A stretch of DNA of 64,000 bases from an uncultured Nitrososphaera sp. GTDB taxonomy: Archaea; Thermoproteota; Nitrososphaeria; Nitrososphaerales; Nitrososphaeraceae. The notes under the pieces were generated by a model. It did no database searches and was not told the origin of the DNA. It worked only from the letters and a program-made list of their open reading frames with translations. The position numbers and the translations under genes are program-made. The DNA is taken from NCBI GenBank assembly GCA_964476255.1, contig CAYYYR010000033.1, positions 6,181-70,180 of the forward strand. The letters run 5' to 3'. Positions 19,851-28,900 of this stretch are shown in pieces (position 1 is the stretch's first letter; each line of letters begins with the position of its first letter).

Positions 19851-20756
19851 CTACTTTGCAATGCTATACTGGCGCTCGGCCCACTCGACCAGCGACGGCA
19901 GGTCCTTTGCCACGTGGTCCGAGTTCTCCTCTGCCGCCGCCTGCAGCTCCGGCGTGGCAACGACCGCGATCCGAAGCTCGCCCTTGAGCCTGCCCTTCAT
20001 CGCCTTGGCAGTCGACGAGAGGAACCTGAGCGAGCCTTCGCCGGACGAAAATATGCACACCAGCATCAGGCCGCGCCTGTTGCCCCACACCCGGAAAATG
20101 TAGCGCTGGAAGTCAATGTCGAAAAAGGGGTCGATCTGCTCCTCGACGTCGCCGATGTAGACGGAGTCCCACCCGAGAGCCGAAAACGCCACGGCCGCGC
20201 TCTTTGCCACGTGGACCTTGTCGCCAGAGCCGGCCACGACAAGCACGCCGGCGTTTGCCTTTTCCTCTTGCGGACGGACGTTGAACTTTACCAGATCGAC
20301 AAGCTCCATGATCAGGCTGAGCAGGAACGCCCTGTCGGTCTTGCCGAGCCTGCCCCTGCTGTACAGCTCGCCTACCGTGTTGACGGCCGGCATGATCACG
20401 TCAGTCAGCACCCTTACCTGGTCTATGTCGGAGTTGAGCACGCTCAGCAGGATCCTGCGCGCCTGTTCCTCTTCCCCGGCCAGGATCGCGTTTATCATCT
20501 TTTGCTGCACCTGGATATAGTTGACCGGGAACTCTATGTCCGCGACACCTGCTTCCAAAAACCACACGTTCACGTTGCCCGTCTTTTTCTTTTTCACGAG
20601 GCCCACCGCGTGCATGACGTCGAGGTACTTTGTTATCGTCATCCTGTTGATGCCCGTCCTGTCTGCAAGCTCGATACCAGAGAAGCCGGCGCCGGCGCCC
20701 TGCAAAACGTCGACTATTTTCCGCTTTACCTCGTCGAGCGTGTAGCGCCGGTACAC
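19851..20756 (-). CDS. HTH transcriptional regulator with B12-binding-like (cap + Rossmann) domain
   Basis: N-terminal wHTH (ELADRTGINRMTITKYL), four-helix cap (VIMPAVNTVGELYSRG) and LGWDSVYIG segment. Confidence 0.8.
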   Translation of the reverse strand: MYRRYTLDEVKRKIVDVLQGAGAGFSGIELADRTGINRMTITKYLDVMHAVGLVKKKKTGNVNVWFLEAGVADIEFPVNYIQVQQKMINAILAGEEEQARRILLSVLNSDIDQVRVLTDVIMPAVNTVGELYSRGRLGKTDRAFLLSLIMELVDLVKFNVRPQEEKANAGVLVVAGSGDKVHVAKSAAVAFSALGWDSVYIGDVEEQIDPFFDIDFQRYIFRVWGNRRGLMLVCIFSSGEGSLRFLSSTAKAMKGRLKGELRIAVVATPELQAAAEENSDHVAKDLPSLVEWAERQYSIAK

Positions 20757-20790
20757 GCCAGCTTTCTCGCCTGCTGGAAATAAAACCTTT

Positions 20791-21483
20791 TTACCTGTGC
20801 TTTTTCTTCGACATCTTTCTCGAGCCAGATATGAGATCCGTCAGCGCGTTGAACGCCTTGCCCACCTGGTCCATCCTGACGAGCACTATCGTGTCAGTGT
20901 AGCAGCTGACGGTGTCTTCGATGTTGATGTGGCGCCTTGCAAGCTGGTTGTAGAACGCGATGGCGCACCCCGGCGTCTTGATTATCTCCTCGGGGCTGTG
21001 GACGATGATTGCCGCCAGGTCGTCTTCAACCTCCAGTATGTCGTCGTGCGCGAACATAGCCTTGACCTCGTCGAGCAGCGCGTCGTCAAACACGAGGGTG
21101 AGCGACATGATGCTCTCAGCCACGCTGATAAAGTTGCCGACGTTCTGCGTCATGACTTTCGCGACCTTTTCAATCGTCTTCTTGCTCTTTTCGGCCGAGA
21201 CCTTTGCCACGTCGGTCCTGACGCTTATCGTGCTGCCGGCCAGTATGGACGCTATCGGCTTTTCCGGCACGTTGTAGTCGCGCCTAGATCTTTTGAGCGC
21301 GGTGACGATGCTTTCGATGCTCGTGTTCCTGCCGCCGAGCAGCTGGTCCACCTGCGGCTTTATTATCCGGGTGAGCGCGCTGATGTTGCAGTAGTCGCGC
21401 TGGAGCGAGTCTTGGAACGACAGGTCGTTGTTGACCACTTCCTTTACCGCGTTGGTTATCGACTTTTCGTTATTGACCAGCAT
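20791..21483 (-). CDS. ACT-domain-containing protein, probable amino-acid-responsive regulator
   Basis: N-terminal helical domain (DSL..D..NISAL.R.I) plus C-terminal ACT (TPG.IA.....LA...INI...VSCYTD). Divergent from argG. Confidence 0.85.
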   Translation of the reverse strand: MLVNNEKSITNAVKEVVNNDLSFQDSLQRDYCNISALTRIIKPQVDQLLGGRNTSIESIVTALKRSRRDYNVPEKPIASILAGSTISVRTDVAKVSAEKSKKTIEKVAKVMTQNVGNFISVAESIMSLTLVFDDALLDEVKAMFAHDDILEVEDDLAAIIVHSPEEIIKTPGCAIAFYNQLARRHINIEDTVSCYTDTIVLVRMDQVGKAFNALTDLISGSRKMSKKKHR

Positions 21484-21533
21484 TGGCCACTATCACCCTT
21501 ATTTAGGTCATTCCTGACCAAAAAATATAAATG
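21474..21533 (+). promoter_or_regulatory. argG promoter with tandem palindromic operators
   Basis: TGACCA-gcat-TGGCCA (21474) and AGGTCA-ttcc-TGACCA (21505), 31 bp apart, then AAAAATATAAATG (BRE/TATA). Repeated at 23820-23879. Confidence 0.8.
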
Positions 21534-21560
21534 TAGTGTTTGGACCGCACCGGTATATTC

Positions 21561-22796
21561 ATGAGTAACGGCAAAGTTGTCTTGGCCTACTCGGGGGGCC
21601 TTGACACTTCTGTATGCGTAAGGTATCTCCAGACGCTGCACAAGCTCGACGTGATAACGGTCACAGTCGACTGCGGCCAGGAAGACGACTTTAAGGAAAT
21701 TGAAAAGAAAGCGAAAGCCATAGGCGCGATAAAGCACGTCTACATCGACGCCCGCGAAGAATTCGCCCGCGACTATGTCGCCCCGAGCATCAAAGCCAAC
21801 GGCCTGTACCAGGGCAAGTACCCGCTTGCGACGGCGCTTGCGCGCCCGCTGATCGCCGCAAAGGCGATACAAGTCGCAAACAAGGAAGGCGCGGCTTCAA
21901 TAGCGCACGGCTGCACTGGCAAGGGCAACGACCAGATAAGGTTCGACGTGACGATGCGCGCGCTGAACCCGCGCTTAAAGATAATCGCCCCGATCAGGGA
22001 CATGAACCTGACACGCGACGTCGAGATAAAGTTTGCAAAAGAGCAGAACATCCCGGTAAGCGCGGAGGCCAAGAAATACAGCATCGACCTCAACCTCTGG
22101 GGCAGGGCCGTTGAGGGCGGCAACATCGAAGACGCCGACTTTGAGCCGCCGGAAGATGCTTTCCAGCACATCAACTTCCGGAACGTCAGGGCCGGCTACA
22201 TCGAGATTGAATTCAAGCAGGGCTTCCCGGTGGCGGCGGACGGCAAGCGCATGCCACTCATCGACCTCATCCGGTACGTCAACGACAAGGCCGGGGCGCA
22301 CGGAGTCGGCATCGTCGACCACATCGAAGACCGCGTGGTGGGGATAAAGTCAAGAGAAGTGTACGAAGCGCCGGCGGCAGTCACGATAATCGAAGCCCAC
22401 AAGGACCTAGAAAAGATGGTGCTGACAAAGCACGAGCTCGCGTTCAAGCGGATGGTCGACGAGCAGTGGAGCTGGCTCGCATATTCCGGATTGTGGCAGG
22501 ACCCGCTGCGCAACGACTTGGATAAGTTTATAGATGCCACTCAGGTCCGAGTTTCCGGAAAAGTAAAACTGAAGATGCAAAAGGGATCTCTCCGGGTGGT
22601 TGGAAGGGAATCGAAATATTCCCTGTACAAGAACGATCTGGCGACTTATGCCGCCGGGTCGACCTTTGACCAGAGCCTGGCGAAGGGATTCGTCGAGCTA
22701 TGGGGGCTGCAGTCCATCATCGCAAACTCGGTGGCTGCAGACGTGACTTCAACAGACAAAAAACAAAAAGGAGGAAAAAATGAAATCAAAAGTTGA
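21561..22796 (+). CDS. argG: Argininosuccinate synthase
   Basis: AYSGGLDTS, AHGCTGKGNDQ.RF, SID.NLWG and GIKSRE.YEAP motifs. ATG at 21561. Confidence 0.97.
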   Translation: MSNGKVVLAYSGGLDTSVCVRYLQTLHKLDVITVTVDCGQEDDFKEIEKKAKAIGAIKHVYIDAREEFARDYVAPSIKANGLYQGKYPLATALARPLIAAKAIQVANKEGAASIAHGCTGKGNDQIRFDVTMRALNPRLKIIAPIRDMNLTRDVEIKFAKEQNIPVSAEAKKYSIDLNLWGRAVEGGNIEDADFEPPEDAFQHINFRNVRAGYIEIEFKQGFPVAADGKRMPLIDLIRYVNDKAGAHGVGIVDHIEDRVVGIKSREVYEAPAAVTIIEAHKDLEKMVLTKHELAFKRMVDEQWSWLAYSGLWQDPLRNDLDKFIDATQVRVSGKVKLKMQKGSLRVVGRESKYSLYKNDLATYAAGSTFDQSLAKGFVELWGLQSIIANSVAADVTSTDKKQKGGKNEIKS

Positions 22797-22959
22797 ATGC
22801 CAAGAATGTGGAGCCGAAATCAGCGTTCCAGAAGACACAGTGGTCGGGGAGATAGTCACGTGCCCCGACTGCGGCGGCGACTATGAGATCGCCTCAAAGG
22901 CTGGCGACAAGGTGGAGCTGAAGAAGGCAGAAACAGTGGGCGAAGACTGGGGACAATAA
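22780..22959 (+). CDS. lysW: Amino-group carrier protein LysW/ArgW (C-terminal EDWGQ)
   Basis: Not in the ORF track. Hand translation: MKSKVECQECGAEISVPEDTVVGEIVTCPDCGGDYEIASKAGDKVELKKAETVGEDWGQ. GGAGG RBS upstream; stop overlaps the next ATG. Confidence 0.95.
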   Translation: MKSKVECQECGAEISVPEDTVVGEIVTCPDCGGDYEIASKAGDKVELKKAETVGEDWGQ

Positions 22960-23819
22960 TGGTAGAGCTTTCTATCATTTACGACAAGGTGCGCTTTGAA
23001 GAGAAGGTGCTGTTCGAAAAGGCGCAGAGCAAGGGGGTAAAGGCGCGGATAGTGGACGCCAAGACAGTCGCAATAAGCACAGACAGCAAGAAGAAGGACT
23101 TTGCCATAGGCGACGTGGTGATGCAGAGGAGCGTGAGCCACTACCGCGGGCTCTACCTCACCGCGTGCCTTGAGCACCTGGGATTCAACGTGATAAACAA
23201 GTTCAAGGTGGCCGAGACCTGCGGCAACAAGCTGATAACCTCGCTCGCGCTGTCGGGGAGCAACGTCCCGACGCCAAGGACGCAGTTTGCGTTCAGCGCC
23301 GAGGGCGCGCTTGAAATCATACGCAAGACCGGCTTTCCATTGGTGCTCAAGCCGATCGTGGGCTCGTGGGGCAGGGGCGTGTTCCCGCTGCGCGACGAAG
23401 AGACCGCCGGCATGGTGGTGGAGATGAGGGAAGAGGACGACAGCCCGTTTGCCCGCATCTACTACGTCCAGGAGATGATAGACAGGCCGCCCCGCGACCT
23501 CCGTTGCATCGTGGTCGGCAACAGGGTGGTCACCGCGATCTACCGGTATTCTGCAGAAAAAGAGTGGCGCACGAACGTCGCCCGCGGGGGCAAGGCCGAG
23601 CTCGCGCCCATGACAAAAGAGCTTGAAGACCTTGCAATAAAGGCCGCCAAGGCCGTCGGCGGCGGAATCGTGGGCGTGGACATGATGGAGGACAAAAAGC
23701 GCGGGCTAATAGTGCACGAAGTCAACAACACAGTCGAGTTCCACGGCGCGGCCAGCGTGTCAAAGACCGACATACCCGGCGCGATGATAGACTATGCGGT
23801 CAGGATTGCAAAGAAGTAG
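22959..23819 (+). CDS. argX: Glutamate--LysW ligase (ArgX/LysX, RimK ATP-grasp)
   Basis: KPIVGSWGRG, QEMIDRPPRD, WRTNVARGG (NV type, ArgX-like), HEVNNTVEF. Confidence 0.9.
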   Translation: MVELSIIYDKVRFEEKVLFEKAQSKGVKARIVDAKTVAISTDSKKKDFAIGDVVMQRSVSHYRGLYLTACLEHLGFNVINKFKVAETCGNKLITSLALSGSNVPTPRTQFAFSAEGALEIIRKTGFPLVLKPIVGSWGRGVFPLRDEETAGMVVEMREEDDSPFARIYYVQEMIDRPPRDLRCIVVGNRVVTAIYRYSAEKEWRTNVARGGKAELAPMTKELEDLAIKAAKAVGGGIVGVDMMEDKKRGLIVHEVNNTVEFHGAASVSKTDIPGAMIDYAVRIAKK

Positions 23820-23879
23820 TGACCAGTTCTGGCCATTATTGACCCGCAACAGGTCATATCTGACCAAAAAATATAAATG
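23820..23879 (+). promoter_or_regulatory. Internal argC promoter with tandem palindromic operators
   Basis: TGACCA-gttc-TGGCCA (23820) and AGGTCA-tatc-TGACCA (23851), then AAAAATATAAATG. The last 29 nt are 27/29 identical to the argG module. Confidence 0.8.
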
Positions 23880-23938
23880 AGGATTTTTGAAGCGAAATTC
23901 CATATAACATGCACAATGCAACGGAGAAGAACTGCTAG

Positions 23939-24994
23939 ATGATGAAAGTCGGAGTAGTCGGCGCCTCCGGGTACGTGGGCGGGGAGCTGCTGCGGCTGCT
24001 GGTCACGCACCCAAAGATAGAGGTGAGCATGGTGACGTCGCGGCAAAAGGCCGGCGACTATGTGCACCGCGTCCACCCGAGCCTGAAGGGGTTCATCGAC
24101 ATCACCTTCTCGCCGATGGACATGGACAAGCTGTCAAGCGCGTGCGACATCGTGTTCACGTCGGTGCCGCACGGCAAGGCGAACAAGATAGTCAAGGACC
24201 TGTACGACAGGGGCATGAAGGTGATCGACCTGTCAGCCGACTTTCGCCTCAAGAACCCGAAGGACTATGTAAAGTGGTACGGCTGGGAGCACCCCTTCCC
24301 GGACATGCTGAGCAAATCCGTCTACGGCGTGCCAGAGATCCACCGCGAAGAGATCAAAAAGGCGCAGCTGGTGTCGTGCCCGGGCTGCATGGCAGTCACT
24401 TCATTGCTTGCGCTAAAGCCGCTCATTGAAAACAATCTGATCGACACGGAACATGTAGTGGTCGACAGCAAGATCGGATCGTCCGGCGCGGGCGCAAAGG
24501 CCAACGCCGGCACGCACCACGCGATGCGCTACGGGGTAGTCAGGCCGTACAAGCCTGTAAAGCACAGGCACACCGGCGAGATCGAGCAGGAGCTTTCGGC
24601 CATAGCGAAAAAGCAGATCAAGATCAGCATGAGCCCCCACGCGGTCAACATCGTAAGGGGCATACTGACTACAAACCACACGTTCATGAAGAGGCCTGTG
24701 GAAGAGCTTGAGCTGTGGAAGATGTACCGCAACTCGTACAAGGGCGAGCCGTTTGTCCGGCTCATACGCGACAAGAAGGGCCTCTACAAGTTCCCCGATC
24801 CAAAATTCGTTGTCGGCTCGAATTTCTGCGACGTCGGCTTTGACATCGACGAATACAACCATAGGATAGTGGCGATTTCCGCATCAGACAACCTCATGAA
24901 GGGAGCGGCCGGCTCTGCGATACAGGTCATGAACGTAATGTCCGGCTACGAAGAGACCGACGGGCTGAGATACACCCCGCTGACGCCGGTATGA
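23939..24994 (+). CDS. argC: [LysW]-glutamyl/aminoadipyl-phosphate reductase (ArgC/LysY)
   Basis: GASGYVGGELLRLL..HP, DLSADFR, SCPGC and DNLMKGAAG motifs. Confidence 0.95.
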   Translation: MMKVGVVGASGYVGGELLRLLVTHPKIEVSMVTSRQKAGDYVHRVHPSLKGFIDITFSPMDMDKLSSACDIVFTSVPHGKANKIVKDLYDRGMKVIDLSADFRLKNPKDYVKWYGWEHPFPDMLSKSVYGVPEIHREEIKKAQLVSCPGCMAVTSLLALKPLIENNLIDTEHVVVDSKIGSSGAGAKANAGTHHAMRYGVVRPYKPVKHRHTGEIEQELSAIAKKQIKISMSPHAVNIVRGILTTNHTFMKRPVEELELWKMYRNSYKGEPFVRLIRDKKGLYKFPDPKFVVGSNFCDVGFDIDEYNHRIVAISASDNLMKGAAGSAIQVMNVMSGYEETDGLRYTPLTPV

Positions 24995-25794
24995 TAGTCA
25001 TAAAGATAGGCGGGAGCGTGGTCGACGGGCTGCACCCTTCGGCCCTCGCCGACATCAAGGAGATCGCCGAAAAGGACAAGCTTGTATTCGTGCACGGCGG
25101 AGGCAAGGAAGTGACCGCGACCGCGGCAAAGCTGGGCAAGGAGCAGAAATTCATAGTGTCGCCCGGCGGCGTGCGCAGCCGCTACACGGACAAAGAGACC
25201 GCGGACATTTACACGATGGTCATGTCCGGCAAGATAAACAAGGCGATCACCGGCATGCTACTGCGGCAGGGGATAAGGGCCGTGGGGATCGCCGGGATTG
25301 ACGGCGGCATACTAAAGGCGGAGCGCAAGAAAAAGCTGCTGATCATAAACGAAAAGGGGAGAAAGATGATGATCGACGGCGGCTACACCGGCAAGATAAG
25401 CGCGGTAGACCCGGCGCTGGTGCACAACCTGGTCAACAATGGCTACGTGCCGGTGATATCTCCGATCGCGCTGAGCGAAGAATACGACTTTTTGAACGTA
25501 GACGGCGACAGGGCTGCGGCGTACGTCGCAGGCGGAGTAAAGGCCGACAAGGTAATATTCATCACAAACGTCAACGGGCTGATGCTCAACGAAAAGCTGG
25601 TCACGGGCATGACGCTGGAGCAGGCAAAGGCCGCCCTGCCAAAGATAGGTTTTGGCATGGAAAAGAAGGTGCTCGCCTGCACCGAGGCACTAGAGATGGG
25701 GGTCAAGGAGGCGATAATCGCGTCCGGCCAGGTGGACAGCCCCGTCTCATCGGCCATCGCTCATAACAACTGCACGGTGATTACACCAACTTGA
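24991..25794 (+). CDS. argB: [LysW]-glutamate/aminoadipate kinase (ArgB/LysZ)
   Basis: VIKIGGS, VHGGG, SRYTD and NVDGDRAA motifs. Confidence 0.95.
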   Translation: MIVIKIGGSVVDGLHPSALADIKEIAEKDKLVFVHGGGKEVTATAAKLGKEQKFIVSPGGVRSRYTDKETADIYTMVMSGKINKAITGMLLRQGIRAVGIAGIDGGILKAERKKKLLIINEKGRKMMIDGGYTGKISAVDPALVHNLVNNGYVPVISPIALSEEYDFLNVDGDRAAAYVAGGVKADKVIFITNVNGLMLNEKLVTGMTLEQAKAALPKIGFGMEKKVLACTEALEMGVKEAIIASGQVDSPVSSAIAHNNCTVITPT

Positions 25795-26969
25795 GCGAAG
25801 ACCATCACTTGGCGGCGCTCTATCAGCGGTTCCCGGTCAACCTTGCAAGGGGCAAGGGCGCCCGGGTGTGGGACACGAGCGGCAAAGAATACATCGACTG
25901 CATGGGAGGCTATGGAGTCGCGCTGGTCGGCCACTGCAACGACAGGGTGGTCGCCGCGATTAAAAAGCAGGCGGACATTCTGATAACGGCGCACATGTCC
26001 GTCTATAACGACACGCGCCTTAGGTTCATGGAGAAAATGTCGGCGATAGCGCCTCCCGGACACGGCAAGATGTTCTTTACAAACAGCGGGGCAGAGTCGG
26101 TCGAAGGCGCGCTAAAGTTCGCCCGCAAATACACGGGCAAGCACGGCGTAATAGCCATGAACGGAGGGTACCACGGCAAGACGTTTGGCGCGCTTTCTGT
26201 CACCTACAACGAAAAATACCGCAAGTCATTCATGCCGCTGCTGGACGGGGTAAAGTTCGTTCCCTACAGCGACCCTTCAAAACTTGAAGAGGCGATCGAC
26301 GACACGACGGGGGCCGTCATCCTGGAGCCGATACAGGGCGAGACCGGCATAATCGTGCCGCCTGACGACCTCCTGCCAAGAATAAGGGAGATCTGCGACA
26401 GGCGCAAACTTGTCCTGGTGTTTGACGAAATCCAGGCGGGGCTCGGCAGGACGGGCAGGATGTGGGCGGGGCAGAACTGGAACACCACGCCGGACATCAT
26501 GTGCCTTGCAAAAGGGATCGCCGGCGGGGTCCCGATGGGGCTCATTACCACAAGGCCGGAGATAATGGAGGCGACAAAGCTCGGCGAGCATTCGTCGACG
26601 TTTGGCGGGAGCCCGATAGCATGCGCTGCGGGTGTCGCGACCATTGAAGCGCTGACCGACGATCGGCTGGTTGAAAATGCCTCCAAAGTCGGCAGGCACT
26701 TTAAGGAGAACCTGAACCGGCTGAAGGAGAAGCACAAGATAATCCGTGAGGTGAGAGGCCTGGGCATGATGCTTGCGGTGGAGCTGCGCTTTGAAGTAAA
26801 AGACGTGCTCTATGACGGAATCCGCAACGGTTTGCTCATGCTGTATTCGGGAAGAAACATCATTAGGCTCCTTCCGCCACTTGTAATGGATGAAACGACG
26901 GTTTCCCGCGCAGTTGATATAATGGATGCTGTATTGACTAGCGAGGAAAAGAGAAGGAATGTCAGCTAA
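25791..26969 (+). CDS. argD: [LysW]-semialdehyde aminotransferase (ArgD/LysJ, class III PLP)
   Basis: NSGAESVE, YHGKT, EPIQGE, FDEIQAGLGRTG and AKGIAGG motifs. Confidence 0.95.
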   Translation: MSEDHHLAALYQRFPVNLARGKGARVWDTSGKEYIDCMGGYGVALVGHCNDRVVAAIKKQADILITAHMSVYNDTRLRFMEKMSAIAPPGHGKMFFTNSGAESVEGALKFARKYTGKHGVIAMNGGYHGKTFGALSVTYNEKYRKSFMPLLDGVKFVPYSDPSKLEEAIDDTTGAVILEPIQGETGIIVPPDDLLPRIREICDRRKLVLVFDEIQAGLGRTGRMWAGQNWNTTPDIMCLAKGIAGGVPMGLITTRPEIMEATKLGEHSSTFGGSPIACAAGVATIEALTDDRLVENASKVGRHFKENLNRLKEKHKIIREVRGLGMMLAVELRFEVKDVLYDGIRNGLLMLYSGRNIIRLLPPLVMDETTVSRAVDIMDAVLTSEEKRRNVS

Positions 26970-27384
26970 CATCGACGAGACCGACGAAAAGATAATCCGA
27001 ATAATGCAGGGGGATTCCCGCAGGGCGTTTGTCGAGATCGCAAACGAGATCGGGCTGTCAGAGTCGGCCGTCCGGCGCAGGGTAAAGAATTTGGTAGACA
27101 GCGGCGCCATCAAGCGCTTTACAATAGAGCTAGGGGCGAGCGACAAGACCAGCGCGATAACGCTCATTTCCGTGGCATCGACGGCTGACACGTCGGCCGT
27201 GTCCGGCAGGCTGATGAAGCTGGGCGGAGTCGAAGTAGTATATGAAATAACCGGCCAGTTCGACATTGCCGCGATAATCGCAGCGCCGGCGATAGCGGAG
27301 ATCAACAAGTGCATCGACGACATACGCAAGATAGAGGGCGTGTCTGACACCAACACGGTCATCATACTGAGGACGATGCGCTAG
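26959..27384 (+). CDS. lysM: Lrp/AsnC family regulator, LysM-like
   Basis: DETDEKII..GDSR..F.EIA..IGLSES.VR.RV HTH plus RAM domain (YEITGQFD). Last gene of the LysW cluster. Confidence 0.85.
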   Translation: MSANIDETDEKIIRIMQGDSRRAFVEIANEIGLSESAVRRRVKNLVDSGAIKRFTIELGASDKTSAITLISVASTADTSAVSGRLMKLGGVEVVYEITGQFDIAAIIAAPAIAEINKCIDDIRKIEGVSDTNTVIILRTMR

Positions 27385-27423
27385 ACAGTAGTTCATATAC
27401 TACTTGTCTTCTAAAATTATCTG

Positions 27424-27810
27424 ATGTCAGGGCCGCAGGCAGACCCGGAGACCCGGAAATACCGGGAGAAATGCAGCAACATCCTTGCGATATCGCCGCG
27501 CATACGCTACGCCGGCATCATGAACAGGTTTGGCCGCACGCTGGCCGGCGGACTGCGCAAGGGAGTGGTGCCGCTGCTAAAGCAGGACGAAGCTCGCAAC
27601 GAATACTTTATTGAGGCGACTAGGAACCGGCTCCGCAAGAACTTTGAAGGATCGATAGGCAAAACGGAATACACATTTACCGAGAACGAGAAGGTCAAGA
27701 TACTGACGATCGCAAGCGAGGAGCACTTTTACTACATCACTATGGACAAGGAGACGCCCGCAGCCGAAGTTGCCAAGATCGTTGAAGCCGTTAAAGAGCT
27801 GGTAAAGTGA
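27424..27810 (+). CDS. Thaumarchaeal roadblock/profilin-like small protein (DUF6659-like)
   Basis: C.NIL.ISP.IRYAGI.N.FG..LAGG.RKG..P pattern. Confidence 0.8.
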   Translation: MSGPQADPETRKYREKCSNILAISPRIRYAGIMNRFGRTLAGGLRKGVVPLLKQDEARNEYFIEATRNRLRKNFEGSIGKTEYTFTENEKVKILTIASEEHFYYITMDKETPAAEVAKIVEAVKELVK

Positions 27811-28857
27811 CTATAGCTCCGGCTCTTTTCCCTTGAAATGCCGCTGCACCGGCTCGATTATCCTGTTAACGTAGGTAGCCGTCGCGCCCTTCAGGTCCAT
27901 CGGGTGTATCTTTTTCGCCACGAATTCGCGCTCGACGTCGCTGTAGCTCGAATACGTCGTGCCGCCGCCGTACTTTGCCGGCCGCTCTATCACAAACTCT
28001 TCAAACTGGTGGAAGACCACGTAGCGCACCAGCTCCAGAATGGGGTTGCTCTCTGCCACGCCAACGGGGCAGAACGCCTTTGAAATCTTGTCCCTGATCG
28101 CCTTTTCGTCGTCGTGTACGAGTATCCCGCTCGCCGGCTTGCTCTTGCTCATCTTGCTGGATATCTTTGCGTCTTCGGCCGCGTTTTCGTCAAGGCTCGT
28201 GCCGGCAGGCTCTGAGAGGTCCGGCAGCAGGTGGTGGTGGACTACGACCGGTACCTTCCACCCCAGCTTTGGGAATATCTCCCTGACAAGCATGTGGATC
28301 TTGCGCTGGTCCATGCCGGCGTGCACGATGTCGAGGTTGAGCGCCTTGATGTCGACTGACTGCATCGGCGGGTACAGCAGCTGGGAGAGGTCCAGGTTCT
28401 TCTCCGCCTCGCTCCTGCCCATTATGGTGAGCGAGCGCATCGTCCTTGCGAGCGTCATGTGCTTTGAGAAGCGCACAAACTCCTCCCAGTAATTTTCGCG
28501 CTGCCTGTACAGGTCGCTGCCAAGGACAATGTTGACGCCGGGGCAAAAGAACCGGAACGCCTCCGCGTAGTATTGCGAGATCTTTTTTATCTTATTCCAG
28601 TCGCCGCCCAGCTTGTCGTTGATATAGGTGTGCCAGTCGGCGAGGAAGACGGTCGTGTCGATGCCGGCCTTGATAAAGTCGTTTATCTTGAACCCCGTCA
28701 GGATCAGGCTGCCGAGGTGGAGCGCGCCGGATATTTCCAGGCCGATGTAGTGCTTTGGGTGCGCCTTTGCTTCCAGGAGTGCCCGGAGCTCGCCAGCCGT
28801 CACGACCTCCTCGGTCGGCTCCCGCGTCACTAGTGCAAGCCGCTCTTCAACGTCCAT
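27811..28857 (-). CDS. tyrS: Tyrosine--tRNA ligase
   Basis: YIGLEISG.LHLG (HIGH), LYP.MQ..D, GMDQRK and KMSKS motifs. Start at MDVEERL. Confidence 0.97.
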   Translation of the reverse strand: MDVEERLALVTREPTEEVVTAGELRALLEAKAHPKHYIGLEISGALHLGSLILTGFKINDFIKAGIDTTVFLADWHTYINDKLGGDWNKIKKISQYYAEAFRFFCPGVNIVLGSDLYRQRENYWEEFVRFSKHMTLARTMRSLTIMGRSEAEKNLDLSQLLYPPMQSVDIKALNLDIVHAGMDQRKIHMLVREIFPKLGWKVPVVVHHHLLPDLSEPAGTSLDENAAEDAKISSKMSKSKPASGILVHDDEKAIRDKISKAFCPVGVAESNPILELVRYVVFHQFEEFVIERPAKYGGGTTYSSYSDVEREFVAKKIHPMDLKGATATYVNRIIEPVQRHFKGKEPEL

Positions 28858-28900
28858 CTTAGAGAAATTCCACGTCAACACTTCTATAAACTTTGTACCC

